64,000 nt of DNA from Nitrososphaerota archaeon (lineage in GTDB: Archaea; Thermoproteota; Nitrososphaeria_A; Caldarchaeales; Calditenuaceae), in the NCBI GenBank assembly GCA_038845265.1, contig JAWBQR010000003.1, positions 72,667 through 136,666 of the forward strand. Direction: 5' to 3'. The translations under genes were made by a program, and so were the position numbers. Below are positions 27,930-37,567 of this stretch, piece by piece. Within the stretch, counting starts at the first letter, position 1. Every line of letters starts with the position of its first letter. The notes under the pieces were generated by a model that saw only the letters and a program-made list of their open reading frames with translations, searched no databases and was not told the DNA's origin.

Positions 27930-28820
27930 ATGAGTGGCGAACAGTTGATATACATAGATGGTGAGCTTGTTCAGCGATCAGATGCAAAGATTTCAGTACT
28001 GGACCACGGTCTACTCTACGGCGACGGCGTATTTGAGGGAATAAGATGCTATAATGGCGTAGTATTCAAGCTTAAGGAACATATTGACAGGCTTTACAGG
28101 TCTGCAAAAGTCATAAAGCTGGATATACCAATGACTAAGGAAGAGATGATTAAAGCCGTGATCGATACGCTGAAATCAAACGGCTTAAGAGACGCCTATA
28201 TCAGGCTAATCGTGACTAGGGGTGTTGGAGACCTAGGACTCGACCCAAGAAAATGCTCAAAGCCATCAATAATAATAATTGCAGAGAAGCTTGAGCCGAT
28301 TCTTGGAAAAATTGCAAGAGAGAAAGGAGCAAGAGTAATCATTAGTTCTGTTCGCAGAGACCCGGTCTATGGCACAAGCCACGAAGTTAAGAGCCTCAAT
28401 TATCTTAACAGCATCCTAGCAAAGCTTGAAGCAATTAATGCCAATGCAGATGATGCAATCATGCTTGACTCAAGAGGGTTCGTATCTGAAGCCTCAGCCG
28501 CAAACCTCTTCATTGTTAAGGAAGGCACAATAATAACACCCCCAGTCACGGCCGGCATACTACCTGGAATAACTAGAGCATTTGTGATGGAGCTTGCGAA
28601 ATCTCTGGGAATAAGTGTTTATGAGAGAGACATAACTCCAGTAGAACTCATGACTGCTGATGAGGTTTTCCTGACAGGTACTGGCGCAGAGATCGTGCCA
28701 GTCACAGTGATTAATGGCATCAAAATTGGAGATGGTACACCCGGCAGGTTAACAAAATTACTGATCGACGAGTTTGATAAGAGAAAGAGTCTACCCTCAG
28801 AAGGTATACCAATCAGTTAG
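27930..28820 (+). CDS. ilvE: Branched-chain amino acid aminotransferase (class IV PLP enzyme)
   Basis: …YGDGVFEGIRCYNG…, …EVKSLNYLNSILA… (Lys), 296 aa. Confidence 0.85.
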   Translation: MSGEQLIYIDGELVQRSDAKISVLDHGLLYGDGVFEGIRCYNGVVFKLKEHIDRLYRSAKVIKLDIPMTKEEMIKAVIDTLKSNGLRDAYIRLIVTRGVGDLGLDPRKCSKPSIIIIAEKLEPILGKIAREKGARVIISSVRRDPVYGTSHEVKSLNYLNSILAKLEAINANADDAIMLDSRGFVSEASAANLFIVKEGTIITPPVTAGILPGITRAFVMELAKSLGISVYERDITPVELMTADEVFLTGTGAEIVPVTVINGIKIGDGTPGRLTKLLIDEFDKRKSLPSEGIPIS

Positions 28821-28863
28821 ATAAAATATCACCAGTTGTTTTTCAGATTAATTAATTGGCTTT

Positions 28864-30069
28864 TTGCTAGAAGATGTAATGCGATTAAAAATTTATCATA
28901 AGGTTTGGATCACCGTAATTTTTATCTGGATATCAATCTACACAGTCAGGATAACTCTATCACCAGCCCTTCCATTTATAATTTCTGAATTCAAGCTTAG
29001 CTACACTGAGGCAGGAATAGCCGCTTCCGTCATATTCTATACCTATACATCTATGCAGTTTATTGCTGGCTTTCTAGGAGCTCGCTTCGGCAGAAAGAGA
29101 CTTTTGATAATTGGGACCCTATTGAATGGTTTTGGTGGCTTCTTGACAGCAATTTCTAATAGCTTCTCACAGCTTTTACTGGCAAGAATTCTCACAGGAA
29201 TTGGTGCCGGACTAATCTTCAGTAACGATAGAGCAATTGTTGCTTCATACACTCCCATTGAGATGGCTGGAATGGGTCAGGGCTTATCTTTTTCAGGGGT
29301 GGGTATAGGAATGACTCTTGGAATACTCGTAGGTGGATTAATCACCGTCAATTTAGGATGGAGATGGGCCTTCATTGTCTTCTCTATTTTCGCAGCAATA
29401 CCAATACTGATGGCGGCAACAATGTTTTCAGAACCAATTATAAATAAGAGCGAAGACTCCTCTTCTAGTTCAATCCGTCAATTATTTCATAACAAGGACT
29501 ACTTAGCAGTTATATTTGGAGGATTCCCGGTTCAATATTCATTTTGGGTAATGGCAACATGGTTACCGACAATATTGATTGAGTCAGGTCAAGCCGATGC
29601 AGCACTATCCTCAGGAATCACGGCGATATTAGGGATATCAGTACCATTTGGTTTAATAGTCCTCGGTAGGCTGGCAGACATGAGAGCTTTAAAAGGCGGC
29701 GATAGCAGAGCCATCCTAGTTTATAGTAGCTTGTCACTCTCTGCAGCAATACTTGGCATAACAATGCTTGTCATCTATAAAGCATACGTATTTCTGCTTG
29801 CTCCATTAATATTCCTTGCCAGCTTTCTGATATTCGGCATAGGCGCTGTACAGATGAGAATAGTTTCAAGAATTGTGGAAAATAAAAACTTGCTACCAAT
29901 TGCCTTTGGATACTTGAACGGTGTTTCATTTTTGGCTCCAATTATTTCGCCATACGTAACTGGCTTTCTAAGAGACGTTACCGGAGACTTCACTTGGGGA
30001 TTAGTGCTGTCATTCATGGCTCCCTTAGCTTCTTTTATCCTCTTCAGATATATATCTAAGAAAATTTAG
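28864..30069 (+). CDS. MFS transporter
   Basis: 12-TM protein with …GARFGRKR… MFS loop motif. Confidence 0.7.
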   Translation: MLEDVMRLKIYHKVWITVIFIWISIYTVRITLSPALPFIISEFKLSYTEAGIAASVIFYTYTSMQFIAGFLGARFGRKRLLIIGTLLNGFGGFLTAISNSFSQLLLARILTGIGAGLIFSNDRAIVASYTPIEMAGMGQGLSFSGVGIGMTLGILVGGLITVNLGWRWAFIVFSIFAAIPILMAATMFSEPIINKSEDSSSSSIRQLFHNKDYLAVIFGGFPVQYSFWVMATWLPTILIESGQADAALSSGITAILGISVPFGLIVLGRLADMRALKGGDSRAILVYSSLSLSAAILGITMLVIYKAYVFLLAPLIFLASFLIFGIGAVQMRIVSRIVENKNLLPIAFGYLNGVSFLAPIISPYVTGFLRDVTGDFTWGLVLSFMAPLASFILFRYISKKI

Positions 30070-30080
30070 TTGAGATTGTT

Positions 30081-31532
30081 CTATATACTGATTGATGAGT
30101 TTATGATGATCAGTATTGGATTAACAAATATGGCGAGGGTAGATATTAGGACGACAAGGATCATCATTGATGCTAACATGCTTATAGGAGCCTCCGACAA
30201 CTTCTTAGCCTCACCAAGTTGGAATGCATACATGAAAGCCCTTAAATAATAACCAGCCGTCAATGCAGTTGCAAGTATTGCTAAAAATGTGTAGAGTATT
30301 TGGTTAGCATCGATACCGCCCTTAAAAATCATCCATTCGCTGAAGAATCCAGCCAAAGGTGGTGTGCCTGCTATTGACAATCCACCTACTAAGAATGCCA
30401 TAGACGTAAGAGGCAGCGCGCTGAAAAGCCCGCCCAGCTTTCTTATGTCTCTTTCACCCGTCACATGCATAACTGAGCCGGCAGTCATGAAGAGGAGGGA
30501 TTTTGCGAGCCCATGTGTAAATACATGCAATAATGCTCCTGAATAACCAGTCGACATCAGCGAGGAGAGCCCAAACACAATGTATCCAACTTGGCTCACA
30601 GAGCTGTAAGCGAGAATTCTCTTTATGTCAGTCTGGACTAGTGCCATTAGGCCTCCCCAAAACATCGTGAGTACCGATACGAAAAATATTCCAGGAGTCA
30701 TTATTGAAAAAACACCTGGCATAAAACTGATTAGAAGTCGTGCTAATGCGTATACCCCTGTCTTTATCATGACGCCGCTTAGAAGGACACTAATCGGCGT
30801 TGGCGCCTCAGCATGTGCATCCGGAAGCCAAGTATGTAATGGGAAGAGGGCCATCTTTACAGCCGCCCCGATAAAAATGAGAATAGCAATGTAAAGAAGC
30901 TCCGGCCTGTATGTCTTCACGGCCATCGATAACACATCATACTCGACACTTCCATAAATTGCGTTCAGCCACGCGATACCAGCTAAGAGAGACACTGCAC
31001 CCACATGAGTCATGGCAAAGTATTTGAAGCCTATTATCCTAGCATTCCCAGTTCCCCAATACGCAATGAGGAAATAACTAGGAATAAGCATCAACTCCCA
31101 AAATATATAGAAGAGAAAAAGATTGGTAGATAGGACAACCCCAATCATGCCTGAGACGAATAACATTAGTAATGCATAATATGCTTCGATGTTATGTTCA
31201 TGCTCCATGTATCTCCAAGAGTAAATACTCGCAAGAAAGCCAATGAGGGTGATGAGAAGAAGGAAGGGATAAGAGAGCTGGTCTAGCCTCAGTGTAAATG
31301 TAAGCCCTAACTGTGGAATCCAGTCAAGAGATTCCCTAATCTCTCCTCCATTATAAATAGTTTGAAAATTAATCAGCGTCAAGATAAACGGAATTGCAAG
31401 GACAGTATGAGAAAATACTCCAGCAGTCTTCTTCTCAGTTAACTTACCGAATAAGTAAGCAAAAGGCGAGAGCCCAAGCGGTATGAAAAGGGACACCAGC
31501 AATGGAGGGGTGCCGGCCGGGACACTCATCAT
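30081..31532 (-). CDS. Solitary NuoM/MrpD-family proton-conducting antiporter-like subunit
   Basis: 483 aa, …WLPDAHAEAPTPISVLLSGVMIKTGVYAL… typical of complex I antiporter-like subunits. No other nuo/mrp genes nearby. Confidence 0.7.
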   Translation of the reverse strand: MMSVPAGTPPLLVSLFIPLGLSPFAYLFGKLTEKKTAGVFSHTVLAIPFILTLINFQTIYNGGEIRESLDWIPQLGLTFTLRLDQLSYPFLLLITLIGFLASIYSWRYMEHEHNIEAYYALLMLFVSGMIGVVLSTNLFLFYIFWELMLIPSYFLIAYWGTGNARIIGFKYFAMTHVGAVSLLAGIAWLNAIYGSVEYDVLSMAVKTYRPELLYIAILIFIGAAVKMALFPLHTWLPDAHAEAPTPISVLLSGVMIKTGVYALARLLISFMPGVFSIMTPGIFFVSVLTMFWGGLMALVQTDIKRILAYSSVSQVGYIVFGLSSLMSTGYSGALLHVFTHGLAKSLLFMTAGSVMHVTGERDIRKLGGLFSALPLTSMAFLVGGLSIAGTPPLAGFFSEWMIFKGGIDANQILYTFLAILATALTAGYYLRAFMYAFQLGEAKKLSEAPISMLASMMILVVLISTLAIFVNPILIIINSSISI

Positions 31533-31598
31533 TATTCATACGCTCTCCAGTAGGAGGATTATAAATAGATAAGTCGGGCAGTAGCAATAGTAGAGTTA

Positions 31599-32165
31599 TC
31601 ATAGCTGCGATAGGAGGACTTTATAGGCCTCTGCTAAACTCCTTATTCTTCTTATAAACTTGTTGGGCTCCACGTGCCTATTCCACGGCTGGTCTCTCAG
31701 GAGAAAGATTCTCCCGATGGATGATACCTCCAACGCCTGTATTGGTGAATCATCTATATAGACGTCGTACAAGTAGCTGCTTTTTTTCTCTACTCCAATT
31801 AGAAGTCTCCTATACTTAATTCCATGCTTGTTTAGCCACTTGACTATGTATGGCCTATTTCTGTTAGGTCTCCCTGTGACTATATCTACGACGCCAATTT
31901 CATTAAGCTTATCTACGGCCTGAGCCACGTCTTGTTCTAATGGCTGAAGTTTCTCCCAATTGCTCCAAACCTCATCAAATATCTCGGAAAATCTTTTCTC
32001 GTCTAGGCCGAGACGGCGCCAGAAATCCCACTCTGATATGTCTTCATAATTCAATTTAGGGTAGTTAGAGGCGTTCCATATCTGTATCCAAAGGCCCATA
32101 GAGTCTGATAAAACACCATCAAGGTCTATCGATATCCGCATTCCCAACCTAAACAATTGCGTCAT
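31599..32165 (-). CDS. HAD-superfamily 5'(3')-deoxyribonucleotidase-like hydrolase
   Basis: ISIDLDGVL (DxDG/V) motif I and NT5C-like layout. Confidence 0.55.
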   Translation of the reverse strand: MTQLFRLGMRISIDLDGVLSDSMGLWIQIWNASNYPKLNYEDISEWDFWRRLGLDEKRFSEIFDEVWSNWEKLQPLEQDVAQAVDKLNEIGVVDIVTGRPNRNRPYIVKWLNKHGIKYRRLLIGVEKKSSYLYDVYIDDSPIQALEVSSIGRIFLLRDQPWNRHVEPNKFIRRIRSLAEAYKVLLSQL

Positions 32166-32212
32166 GGATATCTATAAAGCATACGTATGAGTGGTTAAAA
32201 TTTAGTAGGATC

Positions 32213-33811
32213 TTGCAGGAGAAGCCCATAATTGGTCGGGGTACCTGGATAGACAAGGTAGCAGCAAGAGTAATTGAAAGAGAGAAAGCACTCAATAGAA
32301 GCCTAGACCTCATTAGGACAGAAAGTGGTCTCGGAGCAAGCGGGATACCCCACATAGGAAGCATGGCTGATGCTGTAAGGGCACACGCAATAACCTTAGC
32401 ACTCAGAGACATGGGATACGACTCCGAACTAATGGCATTCAGCGATGATATGGATGGGCTGAGGAAAGTACCAGCAGGAATGCCGGACTGGCTAAATGAA
32501 TATCTACTAAAGCCAGTTAGCAGCATTCCGGATCCCTTCGGAAACTATGACTCATATGCTGACAGAATGAGCAGCATGCTAAGAGAAGCGCTAGACATCG
32601 CTGGTATAGAATATACACACAAGTCGGGAAGAGAACTCTACTCATCCGGAGAACTAGCAAGCATAATCCATGAAATTCTGAAAAATGCATCAATAATAGG
32701 CGACAAGATTAAAGAGATAACTGGACAGGAGAAATTTCTAAGAATACTTCCATACTTCCCCATCTGTAAGAACTGTGGAAGAATATACACATCGGAGGCA
32801 TATGGGTACGATGAGTCAAGACGCAAAGTAACTTATCGATGCGTCGGCATCGAGATGAGGGGAAAGTTCTTTGATGGCTGTGGATACGAAGGTGAAGCAG
32901 ATATTACGAGGGCTGACGGAAAGCTTCCATGGAAAGTCGAGTTTGCTGCCCGTTGGAAACTGCTTGATATTAGATTTGAGGCGTATGGAAAGGATATAGC
33001 CGACTCGGTCAAGATAAATGATTGGGTATCAAAACACATACTTAACTTTGACCCACCCATGCATGTCAAGTATGAAATGTTTCTAGACTCTCTTGGCAGA
33101 AAGATCTCTAAATCGACTGGAAATGTCTTTACGCCACAGATGTGGTTTAAGTACGCGACACCTCAGAGCCTAATATTGTTGATACTTAAGCGTTCAGTAG
33201 GTACTAGGCATATTTCTCCATTGACCATTCCTAGATTGATGGATGAATTGGACTATCTTGAAGATGTTTATTTCAACAAAGTTAAGGTAAATGATAAGAA
33301 AGAAGAGGCCAAGCTTAAAGGGCTCTACGAATATTGCCATAACTTGAAGCCGCCAAAGAATCCAAGCATTCATATCCCATACCGATTGTTGATCGAGCTC
33401 GCACACTACTCTCCGGTTGGCTCTAAATTAGAATACATATTATCAAAACTCCAAAAATATGGATATAAGATTGATGAAGATGTCAGAAAAAGAGTGATGT
33501 TTGCAATAAACTTCGTAGACGATTTTGGAGCTAAAGAACGACGAAAAACAAAAATCGAGCTCTCGGAGAACGAGCGAAGAGTCATAAATGATGTCTTGGC
33601 AGCGCTAAAGGCCTCTAAGACTCCGGACGAGGTACAGGCCAGCATATTTGACTCGTGTAGAAGAAATGATATCAATCCGCCTGAAATTTTTAGAAAAATG
33701 TATATGATTTTATTTAACAGGCAGAGCGGACCGAGGCTGGGGACATATTTATTTGATGTTGGATATGAGAGGATAAAAGAGATTTTGAGCCCCTACTTGG
33801 AAAATAAATGA
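32213..33811 (+). CDS. lysS: Lysyl-tRNA synthetase, class I (archaeal type)
   Basis: HIGS (…IPHIGSMAD…) and KISKS (…RKISKSTGN…) class I motifs plus a zinc-binding CxxC…CxxC insert. Confidence 0.9.
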   Translation: MQEKPIIGRGTWIDKVAARVIEREKALNRSLDLIRTESGLGASGIPHIGSMADAVRAHAITLALRDMGYDSELMAFSDDMDGLRKVPAGMPDWLNEYLLKPVSSIPDPFGNYDSYADRMSSMLREALDIAGIEYTHKSGRELYSSGELASIIHEILKNASIIGDKIKEITGQEKFLRILPYFPICKNCGRIYTSEAYGYDESRRKVTYRCVGIEMRGKFFDGCGYEGEADITRADGKLPWKVEFAARWKLLDIRFEAYGKDIADSVKINDWVSKHILNFDPPMHVKYEMFLDSLGRKISKSTGNVFTPQMWFKYATPQSLILLILKRSVGTRHISPLTIPRLMDELDYLEDVYFNKVKVNDKKEEAKLKGLYEYCHNLKPPKNPSIHIPYRLLIELAHYSPVGSKLEYILSKLQKYGYKIDEDVRKRVMFAINFVDDFGAKERRKTKIELSENERRVINDVLAALKASKTPDEVQASIFDSCRRNDINPPEIFRKMYMILFNRQSGPRLGTYLFDVGYERIKEILSPYLENK

Positions 33812-33885
33812 AAATAATATCTTTGAAATAGCTTTATTAGCTGCCATACGCTATTAATGTTACACATAAAGCGGTTGAAACGTGT

Positions 33886-34332
33886 TTGGAAAGATTAGAT
33901 AAAATAGGAAACCTAACTCCTCACTCGAGGGGCATAAACCTAGTTGCAAAGGTTATATCCAAATCGGAGCCAAGATCTGTTGGAAGCCAATACGACCAAA
34001 CGCAGCATCAATTATCAGACCTACTGATAGCAGATGATACAGGAGCGATATCTTTAGTGTTATGGGACGAAAACATACCTAAGGTGAATGCCGGAGACAC
34101 CGTAAAGGTCTCAAATGCCTTTGTAAAGATATTCAGAGGAAAGATGCAGCTTAATCTGGGAAGGTATGGGAAGATAGAAATTTCAGATGAGCCTATAGGC
34201 GAAGTAAATACTGAGAACAACCTTTCTGAAAAAGAGAGCTTCCAGCAAGGCGGATTCAGAAGATTCAGTGGCCCAAGAAGAGGCGGAGAAAGAAGAGGCA
34301 GGCCTCAATTTAGATCAAGACAAGAAGAATAA
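33886..34332 (+). CDS. ssb: Single-stranded DNA-binding protein (canonical OB-fold SSB, Sulfolobus-like, 148 aa with RG-rich tail)
   Basis: OB-fold core …INLVAKVISKSE…GAISLVLWDEN…KVSNAFVKIFRGKMQLNLG…, acidic/RG C-terminus. Confidence 0.7.
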   Translation: MERLDKIGNLTPHSRGINLVAKVISKSEPRSVGSQYDQTQHQLSDLLIADDTGAISLVLWDENIPKVNAGDTVKVSNAFVKIFRGKMQLNLGRYGKIEISDEPIGEVNTENNLSEKESFQQGGFRRFSGPRRGGERRGRPQFRSRQEE

Positions 34333-34343
34333 GAATACTGATA

Positions 34344-35675
34344 CTAAGGCTGCTCCCGATAAGGCTCCACTATTAAGTAGTTATTTTTTTGTCCAATAAC
34401 TCTTACTCGTTGGTTTTGCTTTATTTCTTCTCGCGCTATTACTCGTCGGTATTCCCCTGCTATTATAACGTATCCCTCGGCACCTGCTGGAATATCCTCG
34501 ACTGCCCTCCCTATCTCAGACTGGGGAACTAAACTGTATGTTTTTCTCCTAATTGTCCTCAGGCCCTTCAATAATATGAAGGAAAAAATCGCGCCACTAC
34601 CGATTGCCACTATTATGATTATGCTCATTACTTGGTTTAGCCACTCTTGTGCAACGTATATGGTGCCTGGAGGAGCTCGGACAATGAGTATTAGGCCTAA
34701 TCCGATAAGGACTACTCCACTTATCATGGCAAGAGCTATACCCCCTGAATAAAATTCATACAAAACTAGTATGGAGCCAAGTATAATTAAGGCTAGCCCA
34801 GCCCAATTCAAATTAAATCCCTGCCCAATTAAGCCCAGAATAATCATGATTCCACCTACAAGCTCAGCACCAAAGCCAGGAGTGGACAGCCCAACTATTA
34901 AAACAAGGACACCAAGCGATAATAGGAGCCCAGATACTAGGGGATCGCTCAGGAAGCTTAGCAAATGATATCTAATCCCGGGATCAGCCCGTATTATCTC
35001 TACATTAGAGAGGTCTAATGTCCTCTCTCCTCTAATCGTCTTTACTGTCCTGCCATTAGCCTTCTGTAACAGTTCTGTAATATCTTTTGCTATTATCTCT
35101 ATTATGCCTCTCTTAAATGCATCTTCTGGACCAAGATTATCATTATGCGTCACGAACCTAGCAGCCTGTGTTTCATTTCTGCCGTGCATTCTAGCTAGCG
35201 TATGCATCTTCTCAACTAGGAAATTTATCAACTTGGTATCATTGCTAGGAACTCCATTGACTACTGGTTGTGCCGACCCTATTATTGTGTAGGGAGCCAT
35301 CGCAGCAAGACTAGAAGCCATGAGGATATAGGTACCTGCAGATAACGCCTGTCCACCTTCTGGATAAACATACACTATTACCGGCGCATCGCTATATGTT
35401 ATAGAGTCAATTATTTGGAACATCGAGTCACCTAAGCCGCCAAAAGTATCTATAGTCATAATGACAGCCTCAAAATTTCTTGTATCTTCTAAGTATTCTC
35501 TGACATATTCGGCTACGGAGGGACCTATATTTCCCTTAATCTCTATTAAGAGGACTCTTTTTGATTCACCAGAAGCTACGAATGTCCCTAAATTAAGAAT
35601 TAATAATAGCGAAAATACTATACCAATCACTACTAGAACTTTATTCCTCAACTTTTTTCTTCTTTGTTGCACCAA
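34344..35675 (-). CDS. nfeD: NfeD-like membrane-bound ClpP-class serine protease (stomatin operon partner protein)
   Basis: N-terminal protease domain (…IDTFGGLGDSM…), several TM helices, and C-terminal OB (…VRVIGQKNNYLIVEP). Confidence 0.8.
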   Translation of the reverse strand: MVQQRRKKLRNKVLVVIGIVFSLLLILNLGTFVASGESKRVLLIEIKGNIGPSVAEYVREYLEDTRNFEAVIMTIDTFGGLGDSMFQIIDSITYSDAPVIVYVYPEGGQALSAGTYILMASSLAAMAPYTIIGSAQPVVNGVPSNDTKLINFLVEKMHTLARMHGRNETQAARFVTHNDNLGPEDAFKRGIIEIIAKDITELLQKANGRTVKTIRGERTLDLSNVEIIRADPGIRYHLLSFLSDPLVSGLLLSLGVLVLIVGLSTPGFGAELVGGIMIILGLIGQGFNLNWAGLALIILGSILVLYEFYSGGIALAMISGVVLIGLGLILIVRAPPGTIYVAQEWLNQVMSIIIIVAIGSGAIFSFILLKGLRTIRRKTYSLVPQSEIGRAVEDIPAGAEGYVIIAGEYRRVIAREEIKQNQRVRVIGQKNNYLIVEPYREQP

Positions 35676-36441
35676 TGGTTGTGCCGAGAACCGTGGCTAA
35701 CGAGCCTCCCTCAGTCACTATGATGAGGTTTCTTTCTCTCGCTATTTCCGTCCAAGTTTGCAGCTCTCTAAGACGCATTGCCTGCGGCATAGACGCATAA
35801 GCTGCAGCCGCTTCAGCCATCTTCTGTGCTGCCTGTAACTCACCCTCAGCCATTATTATTCTACTCCTCCTCTCCCTTTCAGCTTCAGCCTGCTTTGCTA
35901 TCGCTCTCTGCATACTTTCAGGAATAACTACATCTTTTATTGCAACTGCCGTAACTTTTATGCCCCACGGGTCCGTCGCTTCGTCGAGTATAGATTGTAA
36001 ACGTTTATTTAGTTCATCTCTCTTTGCAAGTAAATCATCAAACTCCACCTGCCCTATTACGTCCCTTAGTGTTGTTTGAGCTAGTAGACTGGCTGCGGTT
36101 AAATAGTCTCTAACGCGCATTACGGCGGCTAGCGGGTCCTGAACCCTCATATACACCACGGCATCAACATCAACAGTCACGTTATCTTTCGTAATTATCC
36201 TCTGTTTAGGTACATCGAAAGTCAATATCCTCATGTCTATTACTCTTGGGGAATCAATTATCGGAACGATGAATACTAGCCCAGGACCCTTCGCACCTAA
36301 TAATCTGCCAAGTCTAAAAACTACTATTCTTTCATATTCCTTCACTATACGAATAGCAGACCCCAGAATAATGAGCAGGATAATTACTAGGAAAAATAAT
36401 CCGATAATCTCGCCTATGCCTACCTGAAGAGTTAAAACCAT
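35641..36441 (-). CDS. Stomatin/prohibitin (SPFH/band-7) protein
   Basis: …IVKEYERIVVFRLGRLLGAKGPGLVFIVP…, SPFH domain plus coiled-coil tail. Confidence 0.9.
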   Translation of the reverse strand: MVLTLQVGIGEIIGLFFLVIILLIILGSAIRIVKEYERIVVFRLGRLLGAKGPGLVFIVPIIDSPRVIDMRILTFDVPKQRIITKDNVTVDVDAVVYMRVQDPLAAVMRVRDYLTAASLLAQTTLRDVIGQVEFDDLLAKRDELNKRLQSILDEATDPWGIKVTAVAIKDVVIPESMQRAIAKQAEAERERRSRIIMAEGELQAAQKMAEAAAAYASMPQAMRLRELQTWTEIARERNLIIVTEGGSLATVLGTTIGATKKKKVEE

Positions 36442-36593
36442 ATTTACCCCACTTTTAGTTAAAGATACTGTATGGGCCCTATTATATTTTTGCTTATTGC
36501 TGTAACCAGAATTAATAATTAGGCAGAAACGTATCGATAATGCTCAAACAATTGATGTAATACATAGACATCATTTGGATAACCCCAAGGCAA

Positions 36594-36618
36594 TATCTCA
36601 GGATAGAAGGCTGAGATA
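36594..36618. repeat. Perfect 8-bp inverted repeat TATCTCAG-(9 nt)-CTGAGATA
   Basis: Seen directly in the sequence. Sits in a 530-nt intergenic region just upstream of the putative start of the next gene. Confidence 0.5.
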
Positions 36619-36974
36619 GAATTTTCTCTAACCATTTATTCAGTTACAATCGGTGTCTGACCCTGAATAATGGAGAACAACAAACAGAGACATTTATTCC
36701 CTACACATACATAGGTGAATTACTCAAAGAAATTGAAAAAATTGGAATAACGCCTCAAGAGACTGTAGAAATACTGAGAACATTAGAAAAACATGGAATA
36801 TTCAATGATAGAGAGCATAGCCCATGTAAGGCAATTGAAGATATACTAGTAAAGAGCAGAACAAGTGAGGAAAATATTTCAAGTATAGAGAAGATTCGTG
36901 AATTAGCTACGCTCGGCGAGGTTTTCATAAAAGCAATTTCTTCGCCCTCCCTGTGTAGCTCGGCTGATTTAGAA

Positions 36975-37523
36975 TTGTTGGTCGAGACCATAAAAAATGT
37001 CTCCCGGTTAAGAAAAGAAGATTTTGACCATAAAAGCGGTGATAGCGCTGCTTTGAAAGTAAAGGAATTGCTAATACGAATAATGATGCCAAGCATCAAA
37101 GATCTTGTGATTCCCAAATGGTTATTTGACTCTCTAGAAAAAAGGCTGGTAGATATGCGTGAAAGATTAAGACATAAAGAGCTAGAACTTGAAAGAATTA
37201 AGAGAATGCTTAAGGACCGCGGACTGAGCCCAAATACATTGAGACTATATATAGTTACGGGTCTACTTGAAGAGACACCGACTATACAGTCAGGGGAGAC
37301 TGCTAAATTGATATGTCCCTGGTGCAACGAGATTAATCTGGTCTCTCTACCCTTAATAGAGATAATCGAGGAAGCACAAAAAAAGCACTGGATCTTCAGA
37401 GCTCATTGTCAATATTGCTCAAAAATAATTGACGTAGAGCCACATAGGCTTCTCTCAATGTTGGAGCTGAAGAGAAGGGATTTGAATATAGCTAACAAGA
37501 TTATTAGTAACCCATCAACCTAA
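36975..37523 (+). CDS. Hypothetical zinc-ribbon protein. The gene probably starts near 36670 and appears frameshifted
   Basis: The annotated ORF begins at TTG. Its frame stays open back to 36615 (…TYIGELLKEIEKIGITPQETVEILRTLEKHGIF…) with no in-frame start. An ATG at 36670 (MENNKQRHLF…) lies in the -1 frame. C-terminus has …CPWCNE…HCQYCSK…. Confidence 0.45.
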   Translation: MLVETIKNVSRLRKEDFDHKSGDSAALKVKELLIRIMMPSIKDLVIPKWLFDSLEKRLVDMRERLRHKELELERIKRMLKDRGLSPNTLRLYIVTGLLEETPTIQSGETAKLICPWCNEINLVSLPLIEIIEEAQKKHWIFRAHCQYCSKIIDVEPHRLLSMLELKRRDLNIANKIISNPST

Positions 37524-37567
37524 GTAGTCTATTTATTAAGCCCATAATAAAATTTACGCGAACCAAG

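Noticed and set aside
36755-37327. 190-aa minus-strand ORF
   Set aside because: It is antisense to the zinc-ribbon gene 36975..37523, which has the better coding signal (CxxC pairs, and a frame that extends upstream).
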